A stretch of 64,000 nucleotides of DNA from an uncultured Actinomycetes bacterium (GCA_964618935.1 CAZUDL010000002.1:13915-77914); one strand, 5' to 3'; shown: positions 18,819 to 29,299, counted from the stretch's first letter. The notes: generated by a model from the sequence alone, not told the origin. Translations and numbers: made by a program.

Positions 18819-19105
18819 GAGGATCCGTGCTCGGAGAGCCGGCGGTCGCCGCGCCGGCGTGCGCGGGCCTGGCGCCAGGTGACGTACTCATCGGGCACCG
18901 GGTCGTACCCGCCCGGGTACATCGGCTGGCACCGGCTGATGCGCCGGATCCCCAGCCACCAGCCGCGCCGTGCCCCGAAGCGGCTGATCGCCTCCGCCGT
19001 GTAGTGCGAGCAGGTCGGCTCGTAGCGGCAGCTGCTCATGGCACCGAAGACGTGGCTGAGGGTGGCCTGGTAGACGCGGATGACGGCGAGGCTGAGCCGC
19101 TTCAT
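18815..19105 (-). CDS. yidD: membrane protein insertion efficiency factor YidD
   Basis: 'RYEPTCSHYTAEAI...GGYDPVP' YidD signature. Overlaps the yidC and rnpA ends. Confidence 0.85.
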   Translation of the reverse strand: MKRLSLAVIRVYQATLSHVFGAMSSCRYEPTCSHYTAEAISRFGARRGWWLGIRRISRCQPMYPGGYDPVPDEYVTWRQARARRRGDRRLSEHGSS

Positions 19106-19467
19106 GGTGCCAGCCGGCCTCCGGGTCCGCCCGGCGCGGGGTGGGCGCGCGCCACCGCCAGCCTCGCCGCCTCGTTCACCTGGGCCCGCAGTTCGCCGAA
19201 GGGCAGGCGGAGCACCTCCTCGCCGGCACTGACCACCAGGTCGAAGCCCTCATGGGCGGTCAGCGCCACGCCGGCAGCCCGGAGCCGCCGGCGGATCCGA
19301 TTGCGCGAGACGGCGCTGCGGACCCGGGGCACGGCAAGACCGATGCGAGCCGTCCCCACGGGGTTGACCGCCGCGTGGACGCGGATGATGCCCACCCTGG
19401 CGAGGCGACCTTCCGAGCGCACACCGGCGAACCTGCCCCGTCCACGCAGAACGTTCTCGCGGCTCAG
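19102..19467 (-). CDS. rnpA: ribonuclease P protein component RnpA (start uncertain; candidate CTG overlapping the rpmH stop)
   Basis: '[23 protein letters not shown]' matches the RnpA RNR motif. There is no ATG/GTG/TTG in frame near the expected N-terminus. The long in-frame upstream extension in the six-frame track overlaps rpmH. Confidence 0.7.
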   Translation of the reverse strand: MSRENVLRGRGRFAGVRSEGRLARVGIIRVHAAVNPVGTARIGLAVPRVRSAVSRNRIRRRLRAAGVALTAHEGFDLVVSAGEEVLRLPFGELRAQVNEAARLAVARAHPAPGGPGGRLAP

Positions 19468-19610
19468 CGTGGCCCGGTCGGGGTCAGCCGCTGCCGCCCC
19501 TTGAAGCGGCGGGCCTTCAGGACGTTGCGGCCGCCCGGCGTCGCCATGCGCACGCGGAAGCCGTGGGTCTTGCGGCGATACGCCTTCTTGGGTTGGTACG
19601 TCCGCTTGAT
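19464..19610 (-). CDS. rpmH: 50S ribosomal protein L34 (apparent ATC initiation codon)
   Basis: Translates to '[42 protein letters not shown]', canonical L34. The Shine-Dalgarno motif AGGAGA lies 6 nt upstream of ATC. The only other in-frame candidate before the upstream stop is a CTG nine codons upstream, which would give an atypical N-terminal extension. Confidence 0.8.
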   Translation of the reverse strand: MKRTYQPKKAYRRKTHGFRVRMATPGGRNVLKARRFKGRQRLTPTGPR

Positions 19611-19912
19611 GGCAGCTCTCCTGCACGAACCTTCCAGGAATCACGTCCGGGGGCACCAGGGCGGCCACAGTCGGACGGCGGAATGGCCGCCAGTATAGCC
19701 GCCAACCCCCTGGCCCGGCCCATCGCCGCCGCCCCGTGACCGCCGCCCGCCCGCCACGCGACATCCCCGCGGGGGCGTGCCGAACCCGAAGACCGGCGGT
19801 CCGGGCCGCCGCCATTGTGGGTCACCACGCCCATTGGTAGACTGGCGAGTGCTCCGGCGGGACGCGCCCACCAAAGTCCCCACCCCCACCCCGACCGGCA
19901 GCATCGTCCAGG

Positions 19913-19944
19913 TTATCCACTCCTGTTCACATCCTGTGGATAAG
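19913..19944. promoter_or_regulatory. DnaA-box cluster (TTATCCACT, cTGTTCACA, TGTGGATAA) upstream of dnaA; oriC/dnaA promoter region
   Basis: Two perfect or near-perfect 9-mers in opposite orientation within 32 bp, in the rpmH-dnaA intergenic region. Confidence 0.65.
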
Positions 19945-20011
19945 TGGGAAACCACGACGCGCCTCGGAGGACAGATGTGGCTGTGGCGTCCACCGCGACG
20001 GCGGATTTGGA

Positions 20012-21415
<1,404 letters not shown>

Positions 21416-21670
21416 GCGCACGGCTGTGGACATCGCCAGGCGGGGCTGCGCGCATCACCGGATCCTCCTCCATGCCAGCGTGGAACCCTCCGGAACCCCC
21501 TCGGTTCCGCACAGGGGGGCGGCTGTTGTCCCCAGCCCCCCGTATTCACCCCCGGCACTTATCCCCCGTCCGCCCAGCCCTATTGACGACTTCTTATCTA
21601 TAGACTCTTCGTGCTCTAGGAGTCCCATGCAGTGAACAACTGGTCCAGTCCCGCCGGAGGCCACTCAGCC
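21416..21670. other. dnaA-dnaN spacer with a locally AT-rich segment and DnaA-box-like 9-mers (candidate oriC/DUE)
   Basis: 'TGTGGACAT' at 21424 is the reverse complement of ATGTCCACA, an 8/9 match to the Mtb-type TTGTCCACA box. 'cTTATCCCC' is also present. The lowest-GC stretch of the window is 'ttcttatctatagactcttcgtgctctagg'. Confidence 0.45.
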
Positions 21671-22789
21671 ATGAGATGCACGGTCTCGCCGTCCGCGCTC
21701 AGCACCTGTCTCGCTCTCGTCTCGCGAGCGGTGTCCCCCCGTTCCACCCTGCCGGTGCTCGGCAACGTGCTCCTGGAGACCGAGATCGAGGGACTGCGGG
21801 TGACGGCGACCAACCTTGACCTCACCATCAGCACCCTTGTGCCAGCGACGGTCCTCGAGGAAGGCAGGGTGACGGTGCCCGCCCGGCTGCTCTCCGAATA
21901 CGTGGCGTCGCTGGAAGAGGCCCCCTGCACGATGGAGGTCGATCCAGCCACTCAGATCATTCACATCACATGCGGCATTCAGCACACGAACCTCCACGGC
22001 ATCGACGCCGTCGAGTTCCCACCACTGCCCATGCGCGAGACGCAGGCAGTCATCGAGGTGGACGCAGCGGCCTTCCAGCAGGCCATCACGCAGACCTCGA
22101 TGGCGGCCTCGGGAGACGAGCAGACCCCCGTGCTGACCGGCGTCCTCGTCCACGTCGACGGCGGCCGGCTCACCATGGTGGCCACCGACCGCCATCGCCT
22201 CGCCGTCAAGACGCTCGATGTCGAGAGCAAGGGAGACGGCGCCCCGGCCGGAGCCGTCATCGTGCCCGCGCGGCACCTGAGCGAGGTGGCCCGGGCCATC
22301 AACCCCAGCCGCCCGCAGGTTGGCATCGCCTTCAGCGACGCGCGAAACCAGGTCTTCTTCGTCCTCCGGGACGTCGAGATCTCGTCGCGGCTGATCGAGG
22401 GCAACTACCCGAATTACGCGCAGGTGATCCCGGCGCAATCCACCACGACCGCCCAGCTTCCCACCGCGGTGCTGATGACGAACGCCAGGACCGCTGCGGT
22501 GCTCGCGCGGGACGCCGCCAATCCCCTGCGCCTGCGGGCGCACGACGGGGAGCTGGAGGTCCAGGCGCAGGCCGCGGAGGTCGGCGATCACGACGCGGCG
22601 CTGCCCGCGCGCATCGAGGGCGACGAGGTGCAGGTCGCCTTCAACGCCCGCTACCTCTTGGACGCCCTCCAGGCCATCGACTCCGACGACGTCTCGCTGG
22701 GTTTCAACGGTCCCCTGCAGCCGGCGGTTCTGCGCCCGGTCGGGCGCGACGACTTCCTCTGCATCATCATGCCCGTCCGCGTTCCCTGA
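21671..22789 (+). CDS. dnaN: DNA polymerase III beta subunit (sliding clamp)
   Basis: Three-domain clamp (about 372 aa) directly after dnaA, beginning 'MRCTVSPSALSTCLALVSRAV'. An upstream ATG at 21632 is also possible. Confidence 0.9.
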   Translation: MRCTVSPSALSTCLALVSRAVSPRSTLPVLGNVLLETEIEGLRVTATNLDLTISTLVPATVLEEGRVTVPARLLSEYVASLEEAPCTMEVDPATQIIHITCGIQHTNLHGIDAVEFPPLPMRETQAVIEVDAAAFQQAITQTSMAASGDEQTPVLTGVLVHVDGGRLTMVATDRHRLAVKTLDVESKGDGAPAGAVIVPARHLSEVARAINPSRPQVGIAFSDARNQVFFVLRDVEISSRLIEGNYPNYAQVIPAQSTTTAQLPTAVLMTNARTAAVLARDAANPLRLRAHDGELEVQAQAAEVGDHDAALPARIEGDEVQVAFNARYLLDALQAIDSDDVSLGFNGPLQPAVLRPVGRDDFLCIIMPVRVP

Positions 22790-22791
22790 GC

Positions 22792-23325
22792 GTGCTCGCG
22801 GACAGCCTGCGGCCCGCGGTCGAGGGGTTGCCCTCCCCCGCACGACGCCTGCTCCGTCTTCTCAGAGCGGACCTTGAGCCACGCCCCGTCCAACCGTCCT
22901 GGGCCCGCTTCGGGATCGCGGTGGTGCTGGCCAACGCGGCATCGCTGGCGTCCGACGCCATCCTTGCCGCCCTCGCCATGGCGATCTTTCCCTCGCTTCG
23001 CGGCTTTCAGCACTTCCAGCCGCTCGACTACGGCAAGCTCACCGTGATCGGAGTCACCGTCGCCTGCGTCGCCTGGCCGATCGTGACGCGGATCTCCTCG
23101 CAGCCCCGCTGGCTATTCCTGCGCCTCGCCGTGCTCGTCACCCTCGTCTTGTGGCTTCCCGATCTCTGGATCCTCATCCAAGGTGAGCCGGCGCGCGGGG
23201 TGCTCACCCTGGCGCTGATGCACCTCGCCATCGCCTTCATCACGTACAACGCGCTGGTCCGGATCGCCCCGGCGGGACCGGCGGCCGATGCGCCTGCGAG
23301 CGTGCGGATCAGCCCATCGCCGTGA
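22792..23325 (+). CDS. hypothetical membrane protein (4 predicted transmembrane segments)
   Basis: GTG start after the dnaN stop. Hydrophobic segments 'FGIAVVLANAASLASDAILAALAMAIF', 'LTVIGVTVACVAWPIV', 'LAVLVTLVLWLPDLWIL'. Confidence 0.5.
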   Translation: MLADSLRPAVEGLPSPARRLLRLLRADLEPRPVQPSWARFGIAVVLANAASLASDAILAALAMAIFPSLRGFQHFQPLDYGKLTVIGVTVACVAWPIVTRISSQPRWLFLRLAVLVTLVLWLPDLWILIQGEPARGVLTLALMHLAIAFITYNALVRIAPAGPAADAPASVRISPSP

Positions 23326-23647
23326 AGCGCAACCGCTGCACCTGATCGCCCCCCAGGCGCTCGTTGAGGGCGGCGATCACCGTCGGCATCTCCATCTGCA
23401 GCTGCTGAGCCAGCGCGCCGGTGCGCGTGGCCACCAGAAGAGTGCCCCGGTCCAGGGAGAGGGCCTGGCACATGGGGGCGACGGCGGGACCGACGACGGT
23501 GGCGAACACCTGCTGGAGCTGCACGTTGCGGACCTGCCGCCGCACACCGAGACGCTGCAGCGCGGCGTCCATGATGTCGGTGATGTGGTCCGCGCCATGC
23601 TCCGGGTCGCCGTCGCGCCGCCGCGGCCGGCCGGGCGGGCCGCTCAC
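23309..23647 (-). CDS. dciA: DUF721/DciA-like protein (predicted helicase-loading factor)
   Basis: Small protein translationally coupled after recF (ATGA overlap). Same size and position as the Rv0004-like DUF721 that follows recF in Actinobacteria. Confidence 0.6.
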   Translation of the reverse strand: MSGPPGRPRRRDGDPEHGADHITDIMDAALQRLGVRRQVRNVQLQQVFATVVGPAVAPMCQALSLDRGTLLVATRTGALAQQLQMEMPTVIAALNERLGGDQVQRLRFTAMG

Positions 23648-24849
23648 AGGGCCACCACGGTGCCGCCGCGCACGCGGTAGTGACGAGCGGGACGGCCGCC
23701 GAGATCCTCGTCACTGCTGCAGGTGACCAGCGTCTGCGGTCCGCGTCCGGCATCGTCGACGGCGTCGAGCAGGCGCTGCCGCCGGCCGCTGTCGAGCTCG
23801 CTGAGGACGTCGTCCAGGAGCAGGATGGGGGTGCGCGCCGAGCGACGCCGCAGCAGCTGGACCTCGGCGAGTTTCGTCGCCAGGACGGCGCTGCGCTGCT
23901 GTCCCTGCGACGCCGTGCTCCGCGCCGGACGGCCGTCGATCTCGTACTCGACGTCGTCGCGATGCGGGCCCACCAGGCTGACGCCGCGGGCCAGCTCCTC
24001 GTCCGAGCGAAGGGCGAGGACCTCGCGAAGGCGGGCCGCCACGGCGAGCGCGTCCTCCCCTCCCCCCCCGCCGTCGGGGAGGTAGCGCAGGGTCAGCTGC
24101 TCCCGCGAGTCACTGATCGCCGTCATGGCGACCGTGGCCAGGGGGGAGAGCGCCTCGACCAGGGCCGCCCGGGCGACCTGGATGCGCGTGCCGTGCTGGA
24201 TCAGGGCGTCGTCGAAGGCGGCGAGATCCCCTCCGCGCCGGCCGCCCGTGACGCGGAGCCGGCGCAGCAGGGCGTTCCGCTGTTCGATCACCCGCCGGTA
24301 GCGGACGAGGTCGTCGGCGAGCCGCCGATCGAGCTGGCTGAGCAGGATGTCGAGAAGCCGCCGCCGTCCTTCCGGGCCGGCCTTGACCAGCTGCAGGTCG
24401 TCCGGCCAGAAAAGGACGGCGGGGGAGCGCCCCAGCAGCTCGCGGGCGGCGATGTGCGTGCCGTCGAGCAGCGTCGTCCTCACCACACGGGTCGCGGTGG
24501 GGGCCTGCGACCCGAGCGCCGCCAGGCCGCCCTCCGGCCGATCGACCTGGCGGTGCAACCGGAGGCTGAGCGCCTCGGTCGTCTCGTGGTGGGCGATGAC
24601 CCCGTCCACCGCCGCCTCGCTGGCCCCCCAACGGATGAGATCCTGGGTTGCGGCGCGCGGCGAACGGGTGAGGACGAGCGTGGCCACGGCCTCGAGAAGG
24701 TTCGTCTTGCCCTGGGCGTTCTCCCCCGTGAAGATGTTGAGTCTCGGGCCCAGCTCCAGGGCCACCTCCGCGTAGTTGCGGAAGTCGTACAGGCGCAGCT
24801 GTGTCAGCGCTGCCCGAGCGGCCGGCGCCACGCCGTCCGCGAGGCTCAT
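23644..24849 (-). CDS. recF: DNA replication and repair protein RecF
   Basis: Walker A 'GENAQGKTNLLEA'. ABC signature region and 'LLLDDVLSELD' Walker B. Confidence 0.9.
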   Translation of the reverse strand: MSLADGVAPAARAALTQLRLYDFRNYAEVALELGPRLNIFTGENAQGKTNLLEAVATLVLTRSPRAATQDLIRWGASEAAVDGVIAHHETTEALSLRLHRQVDRPEGGLAALGSQAPTATRVVRTTLLDGTHIAARELLGRSPAVLFWPDDLQLVKAGPEGRRRLLDILLSQLDRRLADDLVRYRRVIEQRNALLRRLRVTGGRRGGDLAAFDDALIQHGTRIQVARAALVEALSPLATVAMTAISDSREQLTLRYLPDGGGGGEDALAVAARLREVLALRSDEELARGVSLVGPHRDDVEYEIDGRPARSTASQGQQRSAVLATKLAEVQLLRRRSARTPILLLDDVLSELDSGRRQRLLDAVDDAGRGPQTLVTCSSDEDLGGRPARHYRVRGGTVVAL

Positions 24850-25997
24850 GCCGAGCGCAGGGCGATGGAGCGGATCAGCTCGCCGATGGAGGCGGTGGCC
24901 TGGGGCCGGGCCAGGTGCCGCACGGCGGCCCGCATCGCCGCGAGGGTGGGCGAGTCGGGCTGGGCGAGCTCGGCGACCTCGTCGACCAGCTCCGTGTCAC
25001 CCGGGACGTAGCGGCCGGCGCCGGCGTCGACGAGCCACTCGACATTGCCCCGCTCCTGGCCGGGAAGGAACCAGGTGATGAGCAGGGGAAGACCGGCGCA
25101 GAGGGCCTCGCTGATGGTCGCCGGGCCCGCCTTGGTCACGATCACATCGGCCGCCGCCATCCACTCGGCCATGTTGTCGACGAAGCCCAGGACGGTGACG
25201 GGGCGGCCCGAGCTGTCCCGGAGGCCACGCACCCGGTCCTGGGCGTGCCGGTTGTGCCCGAAGATCACCACCAGGGAGACGTCCAGGCCGCTGCGGGCCA
25301 GCACCTGAGCCCTGTGGTCGAGGCGGCCCGACCCGTCGGCGCCGCTGCAGATGAGAACGGTGAAGCGCTCCGGGTCCCCCAGGCCTAGCTTGCGCCGCAG
25401 CGCGGTCCGGGCCTCGGCACTGAGGGTTGGCGAGGTGAAGTCGGGGTGGACCGGCAGGCCGATCTGGACCAGCCGGTCCGCCGGGACGTGGTTGCGCCGG
25501 CACCGGTCGACACCTCCGGGCGAGGGGACGATGACCAGGTCGACGCCCGGCACGGCCCAGAAGGCATGGACGTCGACGAGGTCGGTGACCACCGTGATCA
25601 GGGGGACGTGGACCTTCAGGTGGCGGCGCACCCGGTCCGCGGCGCGGTTGAGGAGCGGATGGAAGGAGACGATCGCCACGGGGTCGGTGGCGCGGATGAC
25701 CCGGGCCAGGCTCCTGTCGATGGCGCGCAGGACGCTGCCATCCAGGGCCCGGACCATGGCCCGCGAGTTGGTCGTGTGGAACAGGGCACCCCAGAGCCAG
25801 GGGGCGTGCTGGATCAGGGGGCCGTACAGACCCGTGGTGCGGCCGGCGACCCGGGGCGCGGCGGTGACGAAGGGATCGACGATGTGCACGTCGAACTCCC
25901 CCGGGTGGCGCTCCGCGAGGTGGCGCGCGACGGCGGTCGCGGCGGCCCGGTGACCGCCGCCGGTGTCGGCGATGAGGAACAGCAGTGGCTGTGGCAT
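24846..25997 (-). CDS. glycosyltransferase family 28 (MGDG-synthase/UgtP-like diacylglycerol glycosyltransferase)
   Basis: N-terminal 'LFLIADTGGGHRAAA' MGDG-synthase-type motif. C-terminal GT-B nucleotide-sugar-binding half. Confidence 0.7.
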   Translation of the reverse strand: MPQPLLFLIADTGGGHRAAATAVARHLAERHPGEFDVHIVDPFVTAAPRVAGRTTGLYGPLIQHAPWLWGALFHTTNSRAMVRALDGSVLRAIDRSLARVIRATDPVAIVSFHPLLNRAADRVRRHLKVHVPLITVVTDLVDVHAFWAVPGVDLVIVPSPGGVDRCRRNHVPADRLVQIGLPVHPDFTSPTLSAEARTALRRKLGLGDPERFTVLICSGADGSGRLDHRAQVLARSGLDVSLVVIFGHNRHAQDRVRGLRDSSGRPVTVLGFVDNMAEWMAAADVIVTKAGPATISEALCAGLPLLITWFLPGQERGNVEWLVDAGAGRYVPGDTELVDEVAELAQPDSPTLAAMRAAVRHLARPQATASIGELIRSIALRSA

Positions 25998-26024
25998 GCG
26001 GGGAGAGTCTCCTCCTCCCCGGCC

Positions 26025-27782
26025 TCAGCCGCCGAAGGTGACCGAGAGTGCCTCGGTGGCCCCGGTGAAGGCGGTGAGGGGAAGCGCGCCCGTGCCGTCC
26101 GCGTTGGCGATGACCGCCTGGAGGATCCCGTTGCTCCCCGCCGCGAGGTAGGCGATCTGGCGGCCGCTCGGCGACACCACCACGGTGTCGAGCTCGATGT
26201 CTCCCGTGGACTCCGTCAGCGGGGTGATGTCGCCGCTGTCGACGCTCACGCTGACCAGCTGCGGGGTGGCCGTGCTGTCCACCGCCACCAGGGTGCCGGC
26301 ATCGGTGAAGCCGACCGGGGTCAGCCCGTCGGGCAGGCGGATGGGCCCCTGGCCGGTGGCCAGGTTCACGACCCAGGTGACGAGCGTGCCCCCGGGCCCG
26401 GTCGTCTCGACCGCGAGCTGCTCACCCTCCGGGGCGGCCACGGGGTGGACGGCGGCGCCGCTCAGCCCCGGGATGGCGGAGAGGGCTGCCACGGCCGGGG
26501 TCGCCAGCTCGACATGGGCGGGCTCGGTGGCGGTCGCGGCCACGGGGAAGGCCAGGGTCACGGAGTCCGCCGTCCACACCGGTCTCCCCGCCGCCAGCGA
26601 GCCGCTGGGCAACGAGCTGAGCGCGTCCGTGGCCGGCTCGTAGAGCCGGACCGTGGAATCCGCCCCCACGAAGGCGAGGGTGGAGCCGTCCGGAGACCAG
26701 GCCGGCCATGCCGCCCCGGTGACGTCCTTCACCTCGCGATCCGACTTCAGGTCGATGACCTGAAGGGACGTCGGCGATCCCGGGACGGTGAGGTCCGACT
26801 CCACGACGGCGAGCCACCGGGCGCCGGGCGCCAGCGCCGCGTCGTCGATCACGGCCGTCGGCTGTCCCGTCGCCACGGCACCGCAGCCCACCGGGTCGGC
26901 GCAGAGCGGCATCTGGTCGACGATTTCCACCGGGATCGGCTCACCGCTGCTGGGAGGCGTGAGCTGGGCGGAGAGCAGCATGGTGGCGCCGGCGGCCGTC
27001 CCGGCCAGCACCAGGGCCTGCCCTCCGGTCGACATCTGGCCGGTGCGGAAGTGAATGGTCACCGGCGCCTGGAGGGGTTGGAGATGGGTGTCGGTGGCGA
27101 CCGTGCTGATGGTGAGGGTGTACCCGGCCGAGGGCTGCAGGAGATCCGCCGGCACCACCTCGAAGTCGGACGGATCGTTCCTGTCCTGCACCACGTCCAG
27201 GGCGGATCCGGAGGGGGAGAGGCTCACGGCCGTCGCCAGCGAGGTGAGAGCCATCGGCGCCGAGAAGGCGAGCGTGATGGGCGCGTCCCGGGCGACGGTG
27301 CTGCCCTCCGACGGCGTCGCCGCCACCAGGACCGGCGCGGGCGCGCTCTTCACGTCCCACACGTGATCGAGCGAGTTCACCGTGCCGTCGGCGTCGGCGA
27401 CGCCGGCGCTGAGCCGGAACTCGTACTTGGTCACCGGGCTGAAGATGGCTCCGGGGTGCTCGAGGACGAAGCCCGACTGATCCGTCAGCCAGACCACCCA
27501 GCAGGCGGAACCGGCCGCCGCGGTGAAGGCGGCCTTCAGGTCGGCGCATCCGGGCAGGGCGGGCGTGACGCTGAAATGCTCGGCCACGCTGCGATGGTTG
27601 ACGGGCCGGTCGAAGACGACCCGGACGGGCATGTCGGCTGCGACGTTGACGGCGCCGCGGGCGGGGTCGATGGCGATGATCTGGGCCGGGCCGCTGAAGC
27701 ACCCGGCGATGAGCGGGCAGGTGACGGCCAGCCCCAGCCACATGGCGGCGGTCCTGCCGCCGTGGCGCGAGGGGCGGCTCAA
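26025..27782 (-). CDS. lipoprotein with Ig-like domains and TolB-like beta-propeller region
   Basis: Signal peptide with lipobox 'LIAGC'. Repeated Ala/Thr-rich beta modules. 'WPAWSPDGSTLAF' propeller-blade motif. Confidence 0.6.
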   Translation of the reverse strand: MSRPSRHGGRTAAMWLGLAVTCPLIAGCFSGPAQIIAIDPARGAVNVAADMPVRVVFDRPVNHRSVAEHFSVTPALPGCADLKAAFTAAAGSACWVVWLTDQSGFVLEHPGAIFSPVTKYEFRLSAGVADADGTVNSLDHVWDVKSAPAPVLVAATPSEGSTVARDAPITLAFSAPMALTSLATAVSLSPSGSALDVVQDRNDPSDFEVVPADLLQPSAGYTLTISTVATDTHLQPLQAPVTIHFRTGQMSTGGQALVLAGTAAGATMLLSAQLTPPSSGEPIPVEIVDQMPLCADPVGCGAVATGQPTAVIDDAALAPGARWLAVVESDLTVPGSPTSLQVIDLKSDREVKDVTGAAWPAWSPDGSTLAFVGADSTVRLYEPATDALSSLPSGSLAAGRPVWTADSVTLAFPVAATATEPAHVELATPAVAALSAIPGLSGAAVHPVAAPEGEQLAVETTGPGGTLVTWVVNLATGQGPIRLPDGLTPVGFTDAGTLVAVDSTATPQLVSVSVDSGDITPLTESTGDIELDTVVVSPSGRQIAYLAAGSNGILQAVIANADGTGALPLTAFTGATEALSVTFGG

Positions 27783-29110
27783 TAGCCGCGGGACAGCGCG
27801 CTCTCGAAGTCGATCGGCGAGACGGTGCCGGCGCCGCTGTTGACCTCGATCCGTGCGGTCTTCTCCCCGGCGATCCGGGCGACACCGCTCGTCGCGGTGC
27901 TGAGGGCGGGGTTGCTCCGGGTGAACGCCCCGAGCACCTGCCCCTGGCTCAGCAGGACGACGCCGATGTCGTCGGCGCCCACCACGACCACGGCGCCGTC
28001 GACCTTCTCCTCGTTGAGATGGCCGAGGAGGGCGTCGAAGTTGATGAAGCGGCCGAGCAGCCCCGTGTACATGAGGGGGGCGCTGAGCAGCCGCGCCAGC
28101 GCATCGACGGTGTCGACGGCGAGGTCCACGACATCGAGGCTGCCGTTGCCCGCCTCCATGCTCCTCCGGAAGGCCTGGAAGGCGGTCGGCCCGGACCGGG
28201 CGGAGGGGTCGCTGGAGAGCGCCTCGAGAAGCCGTCCCTTGTGAAAGAGCAGCATCCCGGAGAAGTTGCCTCCAGAGAGGCGGACATAGCCCGTCTGCTG
28301 ATCGCCCCGCAGGGTGCGGAGCAGCTTGGGAAAGTCGACGAAGGCGCTCTTCAGCCCCTGGTACTGCGCCCGCCCCGCAGGGAGCGGGTAGACGATGTCG
28401 AGCGGTGGCACGGCACGCGCTCCGAGAACGGACGGCTCCGGTGCCGCCGGGGCGGGGGCCGGTGCCGGCTGCTGATAGCGGGGGGCCTCGACCGGTGCCG
28501 GCTCCTGGTAGCGGGGGGCCTCAGCCGGGACCGGCTGCTGGTAGCGGGGGGTCTCGGCCGGCGCCGGCTCACGCCCGAACGGATAGGGACTCGGAGGCGC
28601 GTACGCCGGCGGGGGCGCGGTCGGCTCCGGGACCGGGGCGCTCCATGCCGAATAATCCGGTGCGGGCGCCTGGGTGGCCGGAGCCGGCCAGGGATAGCCC
28701 GGCGCGGGCTGGTCGTCGTAGGTGGGGTTCTCGTACTGCGCCGGCTCGGGCGCGGCGTACGGCGCCGGGCCCGGCTGCCATGCCGGGGCCTGGCTCGGCC
28801 CGGCGCCGGGCGAACGCCGCTCCGCCTCCGCGATCAGGTCGGCGGGCGAGGATTTGATGGTCTCCTCGGGAGGGAGCTTGGCGCGAGGGTTGAAGCGAAA
28901 GCTCCCCTGCTGCCAGGAGAGGGCGCTCAGGACGACGTCCTCTCCCTGCCCGCCGGCGCCGTCGGCGTGGAAGAGATGCCCGAAGAGGAAGTACAGAGAC
29001 GCCGTCTCGTCGTCGCTCTCCAAGGCGAGCGCGCCAGTGGCACGTTCGGTCTGCATGGTCTGGAGCAGCGAAGCCAGACTCGATTCCTGCAGCGAGCCCT
29101 GAGTCTGCAC
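27779..29110 (-). CDS. DUF4388-domain protein with proline-rich repeat linker
   Basis: N-terminal 'GSLQESSLASLLQTMQTERATGALALE' (DUF4388-like). The central linker carries the 11-aa repeat (E/A)APRYQ(Q/E)PAPV. Globular C-terminal domain. Confidence 0.6.
   Translation of the reverse strand: MQTQGSLQESSLASLLQTMQTERATGALALESDDETASLYFLFGHLFHADGAGGQGEDVVLSALSWQQGSFRFNPRAKLPPEETIKSSPADLIAEAERRSPGAGPSQAPAWQPGPAPYAAPEPAQYENPTYDDQPAPGYPWPAPATQAPAPDYSAWSAPVPEPTAPPPAYAPPSPYPFGREPAPAETPRYQQPVPAEAPRYQEPAPVEAPRYQQPAPAPAPAAPEPSVLGARAVPPLDIVYPLPAGRAQYQGLKSAFVDFPKLLRTLRGDQQTGYVRLSGGNFSGMLLFHKGRLLEALSSDPSARSGPTAFQAFRRSMEAGNGSLDVVDLAVDTVDALARLLSAPLMYTGLLGRFINFDALLGHLNEEKVDGAVVVVGADDIGVVLLSQGQVLGAFTRSNPALSTATSGVARIAGEKTARIEVNSGAGTVSPIDFESALSRGY
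28458..28570. repeat. 33-bp in-frame tandem repeat (about 3.4 copies) inside the DUF4388 gene
   Basis: Units are ccggtgccggctgctgatagcggggggcctcga / ccggtgccggctcctggtagcggggggcctcag / ccgggaccggctgctggtagcggggggtctcgg. Confidence 0.75.
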
Positions 29111-29299
29111 AGGCCCTTCTCCCGGGTGATTCTCCGTGTCTCGCAGAGGGACGTTGATCGCCTGATCGGCCCGTATAGTAACAACCCCGCGCTCGATGCG
29201 CCGTGGTTCGGGGCGGTCGAAACGATCGAACCGCCGATCCCGCGCGGCGGCCCGGGGACCGGTGGAGCACCCTCAGCCGAGTTGGCTAGGCTAGGCCCG

